Shown here: in pieces, positions 10,287 through 26,095 of the stretch
How positions within the stretch are numbered: the first letter of the stretch is position 1
How the letters are laid out: every line of letters starts with the position of its first letter
DNA from: a phage
Reading direction: 5' to 3' (one strand)
Length of the DNA stretch: 64,000 bases
NCBI GenBank assembly: GCA_037431425.1
Contig: GCA_037431425.1_4129.1
Made by a program: the position numbers and the translations under genes
Notes under the pieces: generated by a model
The model's database searches: none
What the model saw: the letters and a program-made list of their open reading frames with translations, nothing else
What the model was told of the DNA's origin: nothing

Positions 10287-10504
10287 TGAGAACAGTACTG
10301 AATGTGCATGGTCACAATACGATAGTTTCCAATGAAGAATATAAACTGTTACAAAAGATAAAAGCACGCGGTACTGTTCCAGTTGAAAAAGTAAATGAAT
10401 ATTATCAGGAACTAGCTAATAAAATGGTATCGCGTGGTGTTCTACATAAAATAGAAAATGATGATGGTACTGAATCATACCAAACTGTTAGGAGTAGTAA
10501 ATGA
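10286..10504 (+). CDS. Small hypothetical protein
   Basis: ATG at 10286 overlaps upstream stop (TAATG); track ORF 10262 uses upstream TTG. Confidence 0.45.
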   Translation: MRTVLNVHGHNTIVSNEEYKLLQKIKARGTVPVEKVNEYYQELANKMVSRGVLHKIENDDGTESYQTVRSSK

Positions 10505-11175
10505 ATTACGAATATGATCAACAATCCGTTAATCAGATGGCAGATTTATTAAGTGGTCTTAATGATATTGAAGCTGGTGAAACACATAATGCAGCAGGTG
10601 TTCCCTATAAAGCAAGTGGTGATATTGGTGCAATGACTGCAATTTTAACTTCATTAAATGAAGCTGGAATGGATTACGGTACTGATCCAGAGAAGATTCA
10701 TCCGAACGTTGTACCATACAATGCACCATTCAATGAACACATGAATGGACAACAATCTACCATTCAGCCATATAGTCAACCATCTAAGCCGAAAACTAAT
10801 TGGAGCTTAGTAGAAGAAAAAGTTCAAGGAACTAAATCTACCAAAGTGTATAGTATCAAGTGTAATCATAGTTCACAGATTATTATGAATAATATTATGA
10901 TGTATGAAGCTGCACTTACATTAGTTAATCTTTTGAATGAAGGGCGAATGTTGACAGATGCAAAACTCCTTGGTATAATTAGTTCTGGATTACAATACAC
11001 AAATGTAATTAGTGAGGCATTAAAAGCTGCTCAAAGGCGACAACGTGTTCTTAATGAATCAAAGTATGACGAAGCAAAAGAATTAGATATAATCATTGCA
11101 GAAAAGAAAGCAGAAGCTTATAAATTGAAAGAGCGTGTACTGAACTTTCTTAAAAATGAAGGGTATATTACCTGA
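10501..11175 (+). CDS. Hypothetical protein
   Basis: 224-aa ORF, ATGA overlap with upstream gene. Confidence 0.5.
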   Translation: MNYEYDQQSVNQMADLLSGLNDIEAGETHNAAGVPYKASGDIGAMTAILTSLNEAGMDYGTDPEKIHPNVVPYNAPFNEHMNGQQSTIQPYSQPSKPKTNWSLVEEKVQGTKSTKVYSIKCNHSSQIIMNNIMMYEAALTLVNLLNEGRMLTDAKLLGIISSGLQYTNVISEALKAAQRRQRVLNESKYDEAKELDIIIAEKKAEAYKLKERVLNFLKNEGYIT

Positions 11176-12923
11176 TGTTAGATGAATTGAAGAAATTCTT
11201 AAAAAGCAAAAACAAAAAAACATGGGTTAAGTTGGTAAACAATAATGAATTATATTTTAAATATGTTCGTGATTTGTTCCCAACTAAACCAATGAATGAA
11301 GCATTGTATCTTATTATGAATGACATGGCGTGTGCACCATCTGCTCCATGTGGTTCTGAATGTAAATTTATTAATGGTTCATATGATAAGTATTGTTCTA
11401 AGCCTACAAAACCAAACAAAAATCGTGATAATGGGTTTTGTGTAGTATGTAATGAGCATTGGAAGCAAAACAAACTCAAAAATACTAAACAAAAATGTCT
11501 TGATGTTTATGGTGTCGAACATCATTGGCAAAGAAATGATGTAAAAGATAAAATAAAAAGAACTAATATGAAACGATATGGTGTTGAACACAATTCACAT
11601 GTCGAACATGTTCTTGAAAAAAGAAAGGAAACCTTCATTGAAAGATATGGAGTTGAATCACCGTTATCATCTGTTGAAATTCGTGATAAGATAAAAGCAA
11701 CAAACATTGCAAAATATGGTGTTGAAAATTATGGAAGCACATGTGAATGTATCGAAAAACGAAATAAAACAATGCAAGAATTATATGGTTTTAGTAATGC
11801 ACAACATGTAAAGAAGTTTTCAAATGAATCAAAGATTACTAAATCTAAAATAAGATATGATAAAATTTTATCTATTATTAACCCTTCATATAAAGAACTG
11901 TTTGAATATGATGACTTGATAGATTCAACCAATGAAAGTAAACTTCCGTACTATTGTGAAATACACAAAGGGCTATTTTATAGTAATTATAAATATGGTA
12001 TAGTTTGTGATGTTTGCAACCCGCCTGTATATAGTTCAATACAAAATGAAATAAAAAACTTTGTATCAACATTGACTGAATGTAACATTATCATGAATGA
12101 TAGAAGTAATGGGTATGAGTATGATATATACATCCCTGAACTTCAGATAGCAATAGAAGTCAATGGAATGTATTGGCATAAAAGTGATATGGTTGATAAG
12201 TATTACCATAGAACAAAAACAATAAATTCAATAGAACGTGGGATTAGATTGATACATATCTTTGAAGACGAATGGTACTGTAAACAGGAAATTATTAAAA
12301 ATAGATTAATGAACGTTTTGCAATGTTCTAGAAAGATTTATGCCAGAAAATGTATTGTTAAAAAAATTAACACTAATATTTGTTATGATTTCTTAAACAC
12401 TAATCATATACAAGGATATACTAAATCTGGAATAAACTACGGTTTGTTTTATAATCAAGAATTGATTGCAGTAATGACGTTCGGGAAAAGTCGATATGAT
12501 AAAAAATTTGAATATGAGCTAATACGATACTGCTCACGTGGAACTGTTGTTGGTGGTGCTGGTAAATTATTGTCTGCATTTGAGCGTGAATACAAACCAT
12601 TGTCGTTGATGAGTTACGCTGACTTGAATTGGGGGTCAGGACAGTTATACATATCTCTTAACTTTGAAAATTTAGGATACACAGAACCCAAATATTTTTA
12701 TTATGATCCAAAAACAAAACAGCGTTTTTCTAGACATAAATTGAGAAAACATAAATTGATTGAAATGGGCTACGACTCATCTAAAACTGAAGAAGATATA
12801 TGCTTAGGTGAAATTGGATTGTATAAAATATACGATTCTGGTAATTGCAAATTTGCTAAATATTATTACAACACAAACATTACAGGAGATATTGAAAAAT
12901 GTCCAAATCGTACAAAAAACTAA
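11175..12923 (+). CDS. Large endonuclease-like protein: Cys-rich N-terminus, tandem YGVE repeats, Vsr-like nuclease motif
   Basis: Four to five ~27-aa repeats (YGVEHHWQRNDVKDKIKRT / YGVEHNSHVEHVLEKRKET / YGVESPLSSVEIRDKIKAT / YGVENYG...) then IAIEVNGMYWHKSD resembling the Vsr FxDGxFWH core. Confidence 0.5.
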   Translation: MLDELKKFLKSKNKKTWVKLVNNNELYFKYVRDLFPTKPMNEALYLIMNDMACAPSAPCGSECKFINGSYDKYCSKPTKPNKNRDNGFCVVCNEHWKQNKLKNTKQKCLDVYGVEHHWQRNDVKDKIKRTNMKRYGVEHNSHVEHVLEKRKETFIERYGVESPLSSVEIRDKIKATNIAKYGVENYGSTCECIEKRNKTMQELYGFSNAQHVKKFSNESKITKSKIRYDKILSIINPSYKELFEYDDLIDSTNESKLPYYCEIHKGLFYSNYKYGIVCDVCNPPVYSSIQNEIKNFVSTLTECNIIMNDRSNGYEYDIYIPELQIAIEVNGMYWHKSDMVDKYYHRTKTINSIERGIRLIHIFEDEWYCKQEIIKNRLMNVLQCSRKIYARKCIVKKINTNICYDFLNTNHIQGYTKSGINYGLFYNQELIAVMTFGKSRYDKKFEYELIRYCSRGTVVGGAGKLLSAFEREYKPLSLMSYADLNWGSGQLYISLNFENLGYTEPKYFYYDPKTKQRFSRHKLRKHKLIEMGYDSSKTEEDICLGEIGLYKIYDSGNCKFAKYYYNTNITGDIEKCPNRTKN

Positions 12924-13534
12924 TGGAAACTGCTTCTCGTGCTGAAGCAATGAAATTTATTAAATTGAATGAATCTAATATTGAAAAGGCAGAAATCGTC
13001 CTTTCAGTTAAAGGTGAAATTGTTGATAAATTACAACGTCAATCAGAGGTTATTAATAACATGGGCGTTGACGTACTAGGCCCACTACTGGATCGTATTA
13101 AAGCTGAACAGGGTTTGGATGCTGCACAAAATTTTAGTGATAATGTTCGTCATCTTCTACAACATGCTGTAGCTACTTTAATGGACGTGAAAGACAAAAT
13201 CAGTACTGAAACACTAAAACTAACTGGTGATATTACTGATGGTCCTGATGTTTCTGATATTGGTAGTGAAGATGTTGATATTGACATTGCCACAGACACC
13301 CCAACTTTCGATATGGATGCTGATGCAGATTTTGAAGATGATATTATTTCTGAACCTGTCCCAACTGAGCGTGAGATGAAAGAATCGGTTAAACCACGTA
13401 AAGTTGGTGTAAAAATGGAAAGTATTCGCGGTACTGTAGGAACTAAATACTTTAGTTCAAAAGACGAAATGAAAACATGGCTATCTGAGAATGAAAAGAA
13501 AGTTAAACGTGTTCTAGGGTATGTTAAAAAATAA
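12899..13534 (+). CDS. Acidic hypothetical protein
   Basis: 211-aa ORF, CAGGAGA RBS before ATG 12899. Confidence 0.5.
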   Translation: MSKSYKKLMETASRAEAMKFIKLNESNIEKAEIVLSVKGEIVDKLQRQSEVINNMGVDVLGPLLDRIKAEQGLDAAQNFSDNVRHLLQHAVATLMDVKDKISTETLKLTGDITDGPDVSDIGSEDVDIDIATDTPTFDMDADADFEDDIISEPVPTEREMKESVKPRKVGVKMESIRGTVGTKYFSSKDEMKTWLSENEKKVKRVLGYVKK

Positions 13535-13550
13535 TAAAGGGTGAATCTAC

Positions 13551-13886
13551 ATGAGGTTTAGTGATCTTACTGAAGAGGCTCCTGGAAAAGATATACGCAA
13601 TATGATTACGACTATTGCGTTGTCTTTAATGTCCACTGGTAGAGAAGATGTGAATGTTCAATCTTTAATTTCTGAAATTAAAAAGAGAACCAATATAGAT
13701 GTTCCATACAATGTGATGATGGATATTTTGAATTCCCTACCTTTTGTACAGGATGCTAATTCAGATATTGTAACTTTTGTTGGAAATTCAGCAGAAGGTT
13801 CAGGTGAATCTGAACAAAATTCGGAAGAGCAAGTTGAAGATTGGGCAACAAAAGCTGCTGTGACAGCAAATAAACAAAAAAACTGA
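13551..13886 (+). CDS. Hypothetical protein
   Basis: 111-aa ORF. Confidence 0.5.
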   Translation: MRFSDLTEEAPGKDIRNMITTIALSLMSTGREDVNVQSLISEIKKRTNIDVPYNVMMDILNSLPFVQDANSDIVTFVGNSAEGSGESEQNSEEQVEDWATKAAVTANKQKN

Positions 13887-13925
13887 AACAAATAAAAATA
13901 TAATGCTATAATTAGGAGTACACGG

Positions 13926-14645
13926 ATGTACACACCACCAATTGTTAGCAGATATACATACGTTGGTTATAATAGAATTGAAGGCGGCCCAGAAGGTCGC
14001 CTTTATTCAACTCCAACAGGTAATCTGCCATCAGTAACAACAATTCTTAGTGCGACCTCGAATGATGAGGGTTTAAAGAAGTGGAGAGAATTCGTTGGTG
14101 AAGAAAAAGCTAATGAAATCACATTAGAAGCATGTACAATTGGTACTTTTATGCATGAGAACTTAGAATTTAGATTAGAAGGTAAACCAGACCATGAAGG
14201 TGGTATGCCAGTTAGAGTTCTAGCACGAAAGATGGCTGATAAGATTCAGGAAGAAGCATGGCCTAGAATCAATGAAGTGTGGGGACAGGAAGTTCCCTTG
14301 TATTATGAAGGTTTGTGGGCAGGTACAACCGACTTAGTAGGTGTTCATGATGGAATTCCAACCATTATGGATTATAAAAATTCTCGTAAGGTTAAGAAGT
14401 GGTCACAAATTGAAAATTATCGTATGCAAATCGCTGCGTATGCATTAGCTCACAATCAAATGTTTGGCACTAATATAGAACGTGGTGTTATTTTCATCTG
14501 TGTAAGAAAAGACCCTAATAATCTACAATATCAAGAGTTTATTATTGAAGGTCAAGACTTCAAAGATGCTGTTAATATGTGGATTGAACGTGTAGAACAA
14601 TACTATATTTTACGTGGAGAAATTGAATCAAATGGAGCAGCATAA
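13926..14645 (+). CDS. PD-(D/E)XK-type nuclease (RecB/Cas4/YqaJ-like fold), putative
   Basis: GTTDLV...IMDYKNSRK consistent with D...(D/E)xK; AGGAG RBS. Confidence 0.5.
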   Translation: MYTPPIVSRYTYVGYNRIEGGPEGRLYSTPTGNLPSVTTILSATSNDEGLKKWREFVGEEKANEITLEACTIGTFMHENLEFRLEGKPDHEGGMPVRVLARKMADKIQEEAWPRINEVWGQEVPLYYEGLWAGTTDLVGVHDGIPTIMDYKNSRKVKKWSQIENYRMQIAAYALAHNQMFGTNIERGVIFICVRKDPNNLQYQEFIIEGQDFKDAVNMWIERVEQYYILRGEIESNGAA

Positions 14646-14649
14646 AAAA

Positions 14650-15186
14650 ATGAAACAAGATCTATATACAATTCGTGCTTTAGAAAGTAAAGGGTATGAT
14701 TTAGAAGAAGTTATTAAACTAAGTGATGAACAAATTGACAATCTTGAATTATCACATAAACTGATTCTAAATATTAAAGATTATAAACAGCGTGGTGCTA
14801 AACCAGTGGAAGTAATTAAAGAACAAATTGCACAAGATATTAGTATCGATGAGGTATCACGTAATGTACCACCAGAAGTAATCCAAGAGTATGCTGTCAA
14901 TAGTGAAGAACAGGTAAAAGTTTCTAAAGAAGTCGAAAGTATGGCAGACGAACTAGTTCCTGAAGTCAAAGAAGATGAAATTGTTATCGAGCGAGTGGTT
15001 TCTTCTAAAGAAGATTTGGATATTATTAAAGAAGCACTACAAACTAAAGAGCTTAAAAGTGTATCTAGTTATGTAAAACATTTAAAATCTATCGTCCCAG
15101 AACAGATTCTATCTTCTGTTGATAGTTCAGTAGTATCTCAGTTGATCAATGAGCGTATTACTGAAGTTAAAGAAAAAGCTAAATAA
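14650..15186 (+). CDS. Acidic hypothetical protein
   Basis: ATG at 14650 directly after upstream stop with GGAG upstream; track ORF starts at an upstream GTG. Confidence 0.45.
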   Translation: MKQDLYTIRALESKGYDLEEVIKLSDEQIDNLELSHKLILNIKDYKQRGAKPVEVIKEQIAQDISIDEVSRNVPPEVIQEYAVNSEEQVKVSKEVESMADELVPEVKEDEIVIERVVSSKEDLDIIKEALQTKELKSVSSYVKHLKSIVPEQILSSVDSSVVSQLINERITEVKEKAK

Positions 15187-15213
15187 TCCTATGATACTAT
15201 AGGAGATAGTTTT

Positions 15214-15795
15214 ATGGCACAACAACAAATTGCATTACAACAAGTAAGAACTGGTAAACAACGAGATTTACCAGATGCATTAGAAAAAGGTCAGATAGGA
15301 TTTAGTACTGATGTGGGTCGTGTATTCATTGGTCTACCATCATCATCTGACCCAGCTAGTCTAGTTGCAGGAAGAACATGGACAACTGATCCAAATTCAG
15401 GAAAAGAAAACGTAGAAATAATTACAGAATTTTCACCGTGGAGAACGGTTTCCAAAATAGTCAATAGGCCATTTAAAGTGGATCTCCCACAAAATCAAGA
15501 TAAAATTGAAGTTATTCTTGATAGTGAGAGTCGAGTCTTTATTGATTATATTGCATATGATGATACTGAAGAGGTTTTAGAATCTGGAACAGTCCAAATT
15601 GTGGCGATTGGCTCAAAGGCGATGTTTGCACAGTCTAATAACACAAATCGAAATGATGCGATTATATCTATTACATTTGAAGATCCTGCATATGATCCAA
15701 CAACTGGAAATATGCAATTCAATATAGTTAACTCGGATTATTTAAATGCAGGATATCATATAGAATTTGTATATCGTGGGTGGGACAAACCTTAA
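15214..15795 (+). CDS. Hypothetical protein
   Basis: 193-aa ORF followed by terminator. Confidence 0.5.
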   Translation: MAQQQIALQQVRTGKQRDLPDALEKGQIGFSTDVGRVFIGLPSSSDPASLVAGRTWTTDPNSGKENVEIITEFSPWRTVSKIVNRPFKVDLPQNQDKIEVILDSESRVFIDYIAYDDTEEVLESGTVQIVAIGSKAMFAQSNNTNRNDAIISITFEDPAYDPTTGNMQFNIVNSDYLNAGYHIEFVYRGWDKP

Positions 15796-15813
15796 AAGGC
15801 GTCCCGCCTTTTT
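15796..15813 (+). terminator. Rho-independent terminator
   Basis: aaggcg / cgcctt stem, tcc loop, then T tract. Confidence 0.55.
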
Positions 15814-15859
15814 CTTCCACTAAAAAAGTAATTTACATCAAAAAAAACAAGGATGACAT

Positions 15860-18178
15860 ATGATTAACGTAACCAAGCGTAATGGAATGAAAGAACCGTT
15901 ATCATTGGATAAGATCCATCAGATTTTATTTTTCGCTGCTGAAGGTCTAAGTGGTATTTCAGTTTCTGAAATTGAACTTCGTGCACAACTTCAGTTTTAT
16001 GAAGGTATTGAAACCAGTACTATTCATGATATTCTGATTAAAGCAGCCGCAGAACTTATTTCAGAAGATACACCAAATTACCAATATGTTGCTGGTAGAT
16101 TATTAAACTATAGTATTCGTAAGCAAGTATATGGGCAGTATGACCCGATTAAATATGCTGCTCATCTTCAAGAAATGGTTGATATCAAAATATATGATCC
16201 TGAAATTCTTGAAAAATATACTCTTCAAGAAATAGAAGAGCTTGGGCGTTATATCAAACATAAACGTGACGATAAATTTACTTATGTTGCAATGCGACAA
16301 TGGGAAGGAAAATACCTTTACAAAAACCGCGTTACTAAGAAAATTTATGAAACTCCACAAATGGCATATATGACTATTGCCGCAATCATTTTTATGGAGT
16401 ATGATCGTTCCGTTCGTATGTCATATGTTAAAAAGTTTTATGATGCAGTAAGTAACTTTGACATTAGTCTTCCTACACCTATTATGGCTGGTCTACGTAC
16501 AAACACACGTCAGTTTAGCTCTTGTGTAGTTCTAAATGTTGGTGACAGCTTGGATAGTATTGGTTCATCTAACCACGCCATTCTACGTTATATTTCACGT
16601 AAAGCTGGTCTTGGTATTAATATGGGCCGCATTCGTGCCCTAGACTCCGAGATTCGTTCAGGTGATGCAGTACATACTGGATTGATTCCGTTCATTGCAG
16701 CTACTGCTAAAACTGTTAAAAGCTGTTCACAAGGTGGTGTTCGTGGTGGAGCAGCAACTGTTCACTTCCCATTGTGGCATTTGGAATTTGATAACTTGGT
16801 AGTTCTTAAAAACAACAAAGGAACTGAGTTTAACCGTGTACGTCAACTGGACTATTGTTTCCAAGTAAACAAAACTTTGTATCAACGTTTGGTTGATGGA
16901 AAGAATATCACGTTCTTTAGTCCTAATGAAGTTCCTGGGTTATATGATGCATTTTGCTCTGATCAAAAAGAATTTGAAAAGCTATATAAAAAATACGAAT
17001 CTGACCAAAGCATCCGTAAAAAATCCGTACCTGCTGTTGAAGTATTCAGTACTCTAATGACTGAGCGTGCAGAAACTGGTCGCATTTATATTCAAAATAT
17101 TGACCATGCAAACACACACTCAACCTTTATTGAATCAATTGCACCAATTGAACAATCCAACTTGTGCCAAGAAATTGCACTACCATCTGTACCATTTGAT
17201 GATATTAATACTGGTGAAGGTTTGATTAGTCTATGTACTTTGAGTGCAATCAACTGGGGTAACTTTGATCGCCCAGAAGATATGGAAACTGCATGTGATC
17301 TTTCTGTACGTGCACTTGATTCTCTATTGGACTATCAAGACTATCCAGTGGTTCATGCGGAACGTGCAACAAAAATGTACCGCCCGTTGGGTGTTGGTAT
17401 CATTAACTTTGCATACTTCCTAGCCAAACGTGGGTTACGTTATAATGAGGAAGCATTAGAAACAGTTAACGAGTGGGCTGAAGCATGGTCTTATTATCTA
17501 ATTAAATCTTCTGTACAGCTTGCCAAAGAAAAAGGTAAGTGTGAAGGTTTTGACACATTAAAATATGCTAAAGGTATCCTTCCAATTGATACTTATAAAT
17601 CTGATATGGATGAATTAGTAACTAAAGAGCTAAAACAAGATTGGAAATCTTTGCGTGAAGATATCAAACAATATGGTATTCGTAATGCTACAACTATGGC
17701 TCTAATGCCAGCAGAAACAAGTGCACAAATCAGTAACAGTACTAACGGTATTGAAAAACCTCGTTCTCTTGTAACAAAGAAACTATCAAAAGATGGTATT
17801 CTGAAACAAGTAGTTCCTGAAATCAATAAGTTGAAAAACAAATATGATTTACTATGGGAACAAAAAGATAACATTGGCTATCTACAAATTTGTGGTGTTC
17901 TACAAAAATACATTGATCAAAGTATCAGCGTTAATACCAGTTACAATCCAGTACATTTCCCTGATGGAAAGTTACCAATGTCAACTCTCCTAACTGAGCT
18001 TATGTATGCATATAAAGTAGGGCTTAAGAACCTGTACTATCATAATACCAATGACGGTTCGGATGAAGTAGATGTTGAAAAAGTACTCAAAGAAGCATCT
18101 AAACCAGAATCAGGGCAGTTTGTGTTACCTACATTACCTGACTTGGATGAAGGTGATTGTGATAGTTGTAAAATCTAA
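15860..18178 (+). CDS. nrdA: Ribonucleotide reductase class Ia large subunit
   Basis: 772 aa; N-terminal ATP-cone-like segment; C-terminal CDSCKI tail typical of class Ia NrdA. Confidence 0.9.
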   Translation: MINVTKRNGMKEPLSLDKIHQILFFAAEGLSGISVSEIELRAQLQFYEGIETSTIHDILIKAAAELISEDTPNYQYVAGRLLNYSIRKQVYGQYDPIKYAAHLQEMVDIKIYDPEILEKYTLQEIEELGRYIKHKRDDKFTYVAMRQWEGKYLYKNRVTKKIYETPQMAYMTIAAIIFMEYDRSVRMSYVKKFYDAVSNFDISLPTPIMAGLRTNTRQFSSCVVLNVGDSLDSIGSSNHAILRYISRKAGLGINMGRIRALDSEIRSGDAVHTGLIPFIAATAKTVKSCSQGGVRGGAATVHFPLWHLEFDNLVVLKNNKGTEFNRVRQLDYCFQVNKTLYQRLVDGKNITFFSPNEVPGLYDAFCSDQKEFEKLYKKYESDQSIRKKSVPAVEVFSTLMTERAETGRIYIQNIDHANTHSTFIESIAPIEQSNLCQEIALPSVPFDDINTGEGLISLCTLSAINWGNFDRPEDMETACDLSVRALDSLLDYQDYPVVHAERATKMYRPLGVGIINFAYFLAKRGLRYNEEALETVNEWAEAWSYYLIKSSVQLAKEKGKCEGFDTLKYAKGILPIDTYKSDMDELVTKELKQDWKSLREDIKQYGIRNATTMALMPAETSAQISNSTNGIEKPRSLVTKKLSKDGILKQVVPEINKLKNKYDLLWEQKDNIGYLQICGVLQKYIDQSISVNTSYNPVHFPDGKLPMSTLLTELMYAYKVGLKNLYYHNTNDGSDEVDVEKVLKEASKPESGQFVLPTLPDLDEGDCDSCKI

Positions 18179-18183
18179 ATAAA

Positions 18184-18210
18184 AATCCCGCTTCGGCGGG
18201 ATTAATCTTT
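18184..18210 (+). terminator. Rho-independent terminator after nrdA
   Basis: aatcccgc / gcgggatt stem with ttcg tetraloop, then T-rich tract. Confidence 0.7.
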
Positions 18211-18232
18211 CCAAATATTTAAAGGAATATAT

Positions 18233-20159
18233 ATGTCAGTTTTTAAAATTAATGAGAAATCTCACCTAGAAAAAAATATGTTTTTTGATGAAAGTGTTGA
18301 CATTCAACGATTTGAAAGTGTGAAATATTCAGCACTAGAGAAACTAACTGAACAACAGAAAAGTTTCTTCTGGACCCCTGGTGAAGTTGATGTATCCAAG
18401 GATAAAATTGATTTTGCCAACCTTAATGATTCAGAGAAGCACATTTTTACCTCTAACTTGAAACGTCAAATTCTTCTTGATTCTGTACAAGGTCGTGGTC
18501 CAAACCTAATGCTACTACCATATGCATCACTACCTGAATTAGAGAACTTTATTGAGACATGGGCATTCTTTGAAGGTGCTATTCATAGTAAATCATATAC
18601 TCATATTATTCGTAACATTTACCCTAATCCATCTGAAGTGTTTGATACTATGTTGGACATTCCAGAAATCACAGATTGTGCGGCTGATGTGTCTAAGTAT
18701 TACGATGAACTGGATGAGCTAGGTACATGGTATAAAGTACTGGGTGAAGGAACTCACAATGTCAATGGTAAAACTATTGTTGTTGATATGTACGAACTTA
18801 AAAAGAAAATGTGGTTGTGTCTGAATAGTATTAACATCCTTGAGGGTGTGCGTTTTTACGCTAGTTTTGCCTGTTCGTGGGCCTACGCCGAAAACAAGCT
18901 TATGGAAGGTAATGCCAAAATTATTCGTCTAATTTGCCGTTAACTCCATGGCGGCTTTGTACAGTAATGTACATTGAAAAACCTTATATATCGGTGAACA
19001 TCTTAACATGTAATGATGAAGACAATACCGAGATTTAGATAAATAACCCCCATAAATGAGATGAAAATATACATTTGGGGATAGTTATGTGTGATAATAT
19101 TTTTTACGTCTATGTTTGGTATAACCCAATTGACCAGATGCCATTTTATGTTGGTAAAGGTAAGGGGAATCGAGCGTATGATGTACCTGAACATTCTAGA
19201 AATACATATTTTATTCTAAAGTATAATAAAATATTAGAACTTGGAATGGAGCCATATGTTATAATTGAAAAAATTCACTTAGTTAAGACAACGCACTATC
19301 ATATGAATTAGAACTGATTTGAAGTATGGAAAGAACTATATGAAAAATATAAAGATTCCATTCCTAATATCAAAAATTCAGGTTTGAACAAGTATAAGTT
19401 GTCATTTGAAGATAAATTGGATATCATTGATGCTATTCATAATCGTGGTGAAACACAACTAAAGGAAATTGCACTACGATATGGATTGAAGGAGACTATG
19501 ATAGTGTCTATAAATCTTAAACGACAATGGAAAACTATATGGGAATATTATCTATCTAAATCCTAACGACTATCGAAACCACGTAGAAATGCGGAAGGGA
19601 GTAGAGTACTCTCAAGTGAGAGGAAACGTAAGGAATCCAGAAACTGGATTATGATATAGTCTGAACTACTATAGAAATATAGTGCAGTACTTCTAGCTGC
19701 CGAAGTACGGGGGAAGCTTAACGAACTTCCTTGAACATAATGGATGAAAATTTACACTTAGCAGCAACACAAATGATTCTCCGACTACTCAAGAAAGAAG
19801 ATCTAGACTTTGCAAAAATCGCAGAAGAGTGCTATGATGAAGTACTGGAAATGTTTATGTCTGCTATTCGCCAAGAAGAAGCTTGGGCAGATTTCCTCTT
19901 TAAAGATGGTTCTATTATTGGATTGAACTCTGAAATTCTTAAACAGTATGTTCGCTGGATTGGATCTAAGCGTATGACGGCACTTGGTATCAAATGTCCA
20001 TATACTGTATCCAAGAGTAACCCACTACCGTGGACTGAACACTGGGTAAGTGGTAGTTCTGTACAGGTAGCACCACAAGAAACTGAAATCAGTTCTTATA
20101 TCATTGGTGGTATTGTGAATGATATTCAAGAAGATACATTCACACCATTCAAACTATAA
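18233..20159 (+). CDS. nrdB: Ribonucleotide reductase small subunit, interrupted by a group I intron (exons 18233-18940 and 19743-20159)
   Basis: Exon 1 ends ...NAKIIRLICR then TAA; the ORF at 19731 continues DENLHLAATQ...EISSYIIG...FTPFKL, a typical NrdB C-terminus; joined product about 375 aa. Confidence 0.85.
18941..19742 (+). mobile_element. Group I self-splicing intron in nrdB
   Basis: Exon 1 ends in U (18940); gcggc at 18951-18955 can pair with exon gccgu as P1; GACUA (19568-19572) and gauauaguc (19653-19661) resemble P7 strands; intron ends in G (19742); carries a GIY-YIG ORF. Confidence 0.75.
19087..19311 (+). CDS. GIY-YIG homing endonuclease catalytic domain, intron-encoded (possibly truncated)
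   Basis: IFYVYVWYNPIDQMPFYVGKGKGNRAYD matches GIY...YIG...R; ORF stops after about 75 aa; ORF 19384-19566 in another frame may be its displaced C-terminal part. Confidence 0.6.
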   Translation: MCDNIFYVYVWYNPIDQMPFYVGKGKGNRAYDVPEHSRNTYFILKYNKILELGMEPYVIIEKIHLVKTTHYHMN

Positions 20160-20171
20160 AATAAAACTAAC

Positions 20172-20193
20172 AGGGATTCATAGAATCCCTTTT
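20172..20193 (+). terminator. Rho-independent terminator after nrdB exon 2
   Basis: agggattc / gaatccct stem, ata loop, T tract. Confidence 0.65.
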
Positions 20194-20206
20194 CTTATGG
20201 AATTTT

Positions 20207-21810
<1,604 letters not shown>

Positions 21811-21817
21811 TAAAAAA

Positions 21818-21840
21818 AGGAGCAACATAATGTTGCTCCT
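21818..21840. terminator. Bidirectional terminator between convergent genes
   Basis: aggagcaaca / tgttgctcct 10-bp stem, A tract upstream and T-rich downstream. Confidence 0.7.
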
Positions 21841-21845
21841 TAAAC

Positions 21846-23248
<1,403 letters not shown>

Positions 23249-23316
23249 TGTTAATCTCCAATTGTATTGTTATTTTTATAAAGTATTTACCCGATTTTAC
23301 GTTTTATATAGTTTAT

Positions 23317-26009
<2,693 letters not shown>

Positions 26010-26095
26010 AAAAAACTAAATGCTATACATAAATATTTTTTGATTTTTAATAATAAATAATCAAGAGTGTTTTGTATTATGGAGAAGAATATACA

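Noticed and set aside
13880-13912. Promoter upstream of the gene at 13926 (aatgctataat)
   Set aside because: Two overlapping -10 candidates, no clear -35, and only about 13 nt to the start codon; kept as a possibility but not annotated.
16103-16360. Minus-strand ORFs within nrdA (also 17593-17874)
   Set aside because: Antisense to a highly conserved enzyme gene; chance ORFs.
19731-20159. Track ORF 19731-20159 as an independent gene
   Set aside because: It begins at a TTG with no RBS and its product is the conserved C-terminal part of NrdB; interpreted as exon 2 following the intron.
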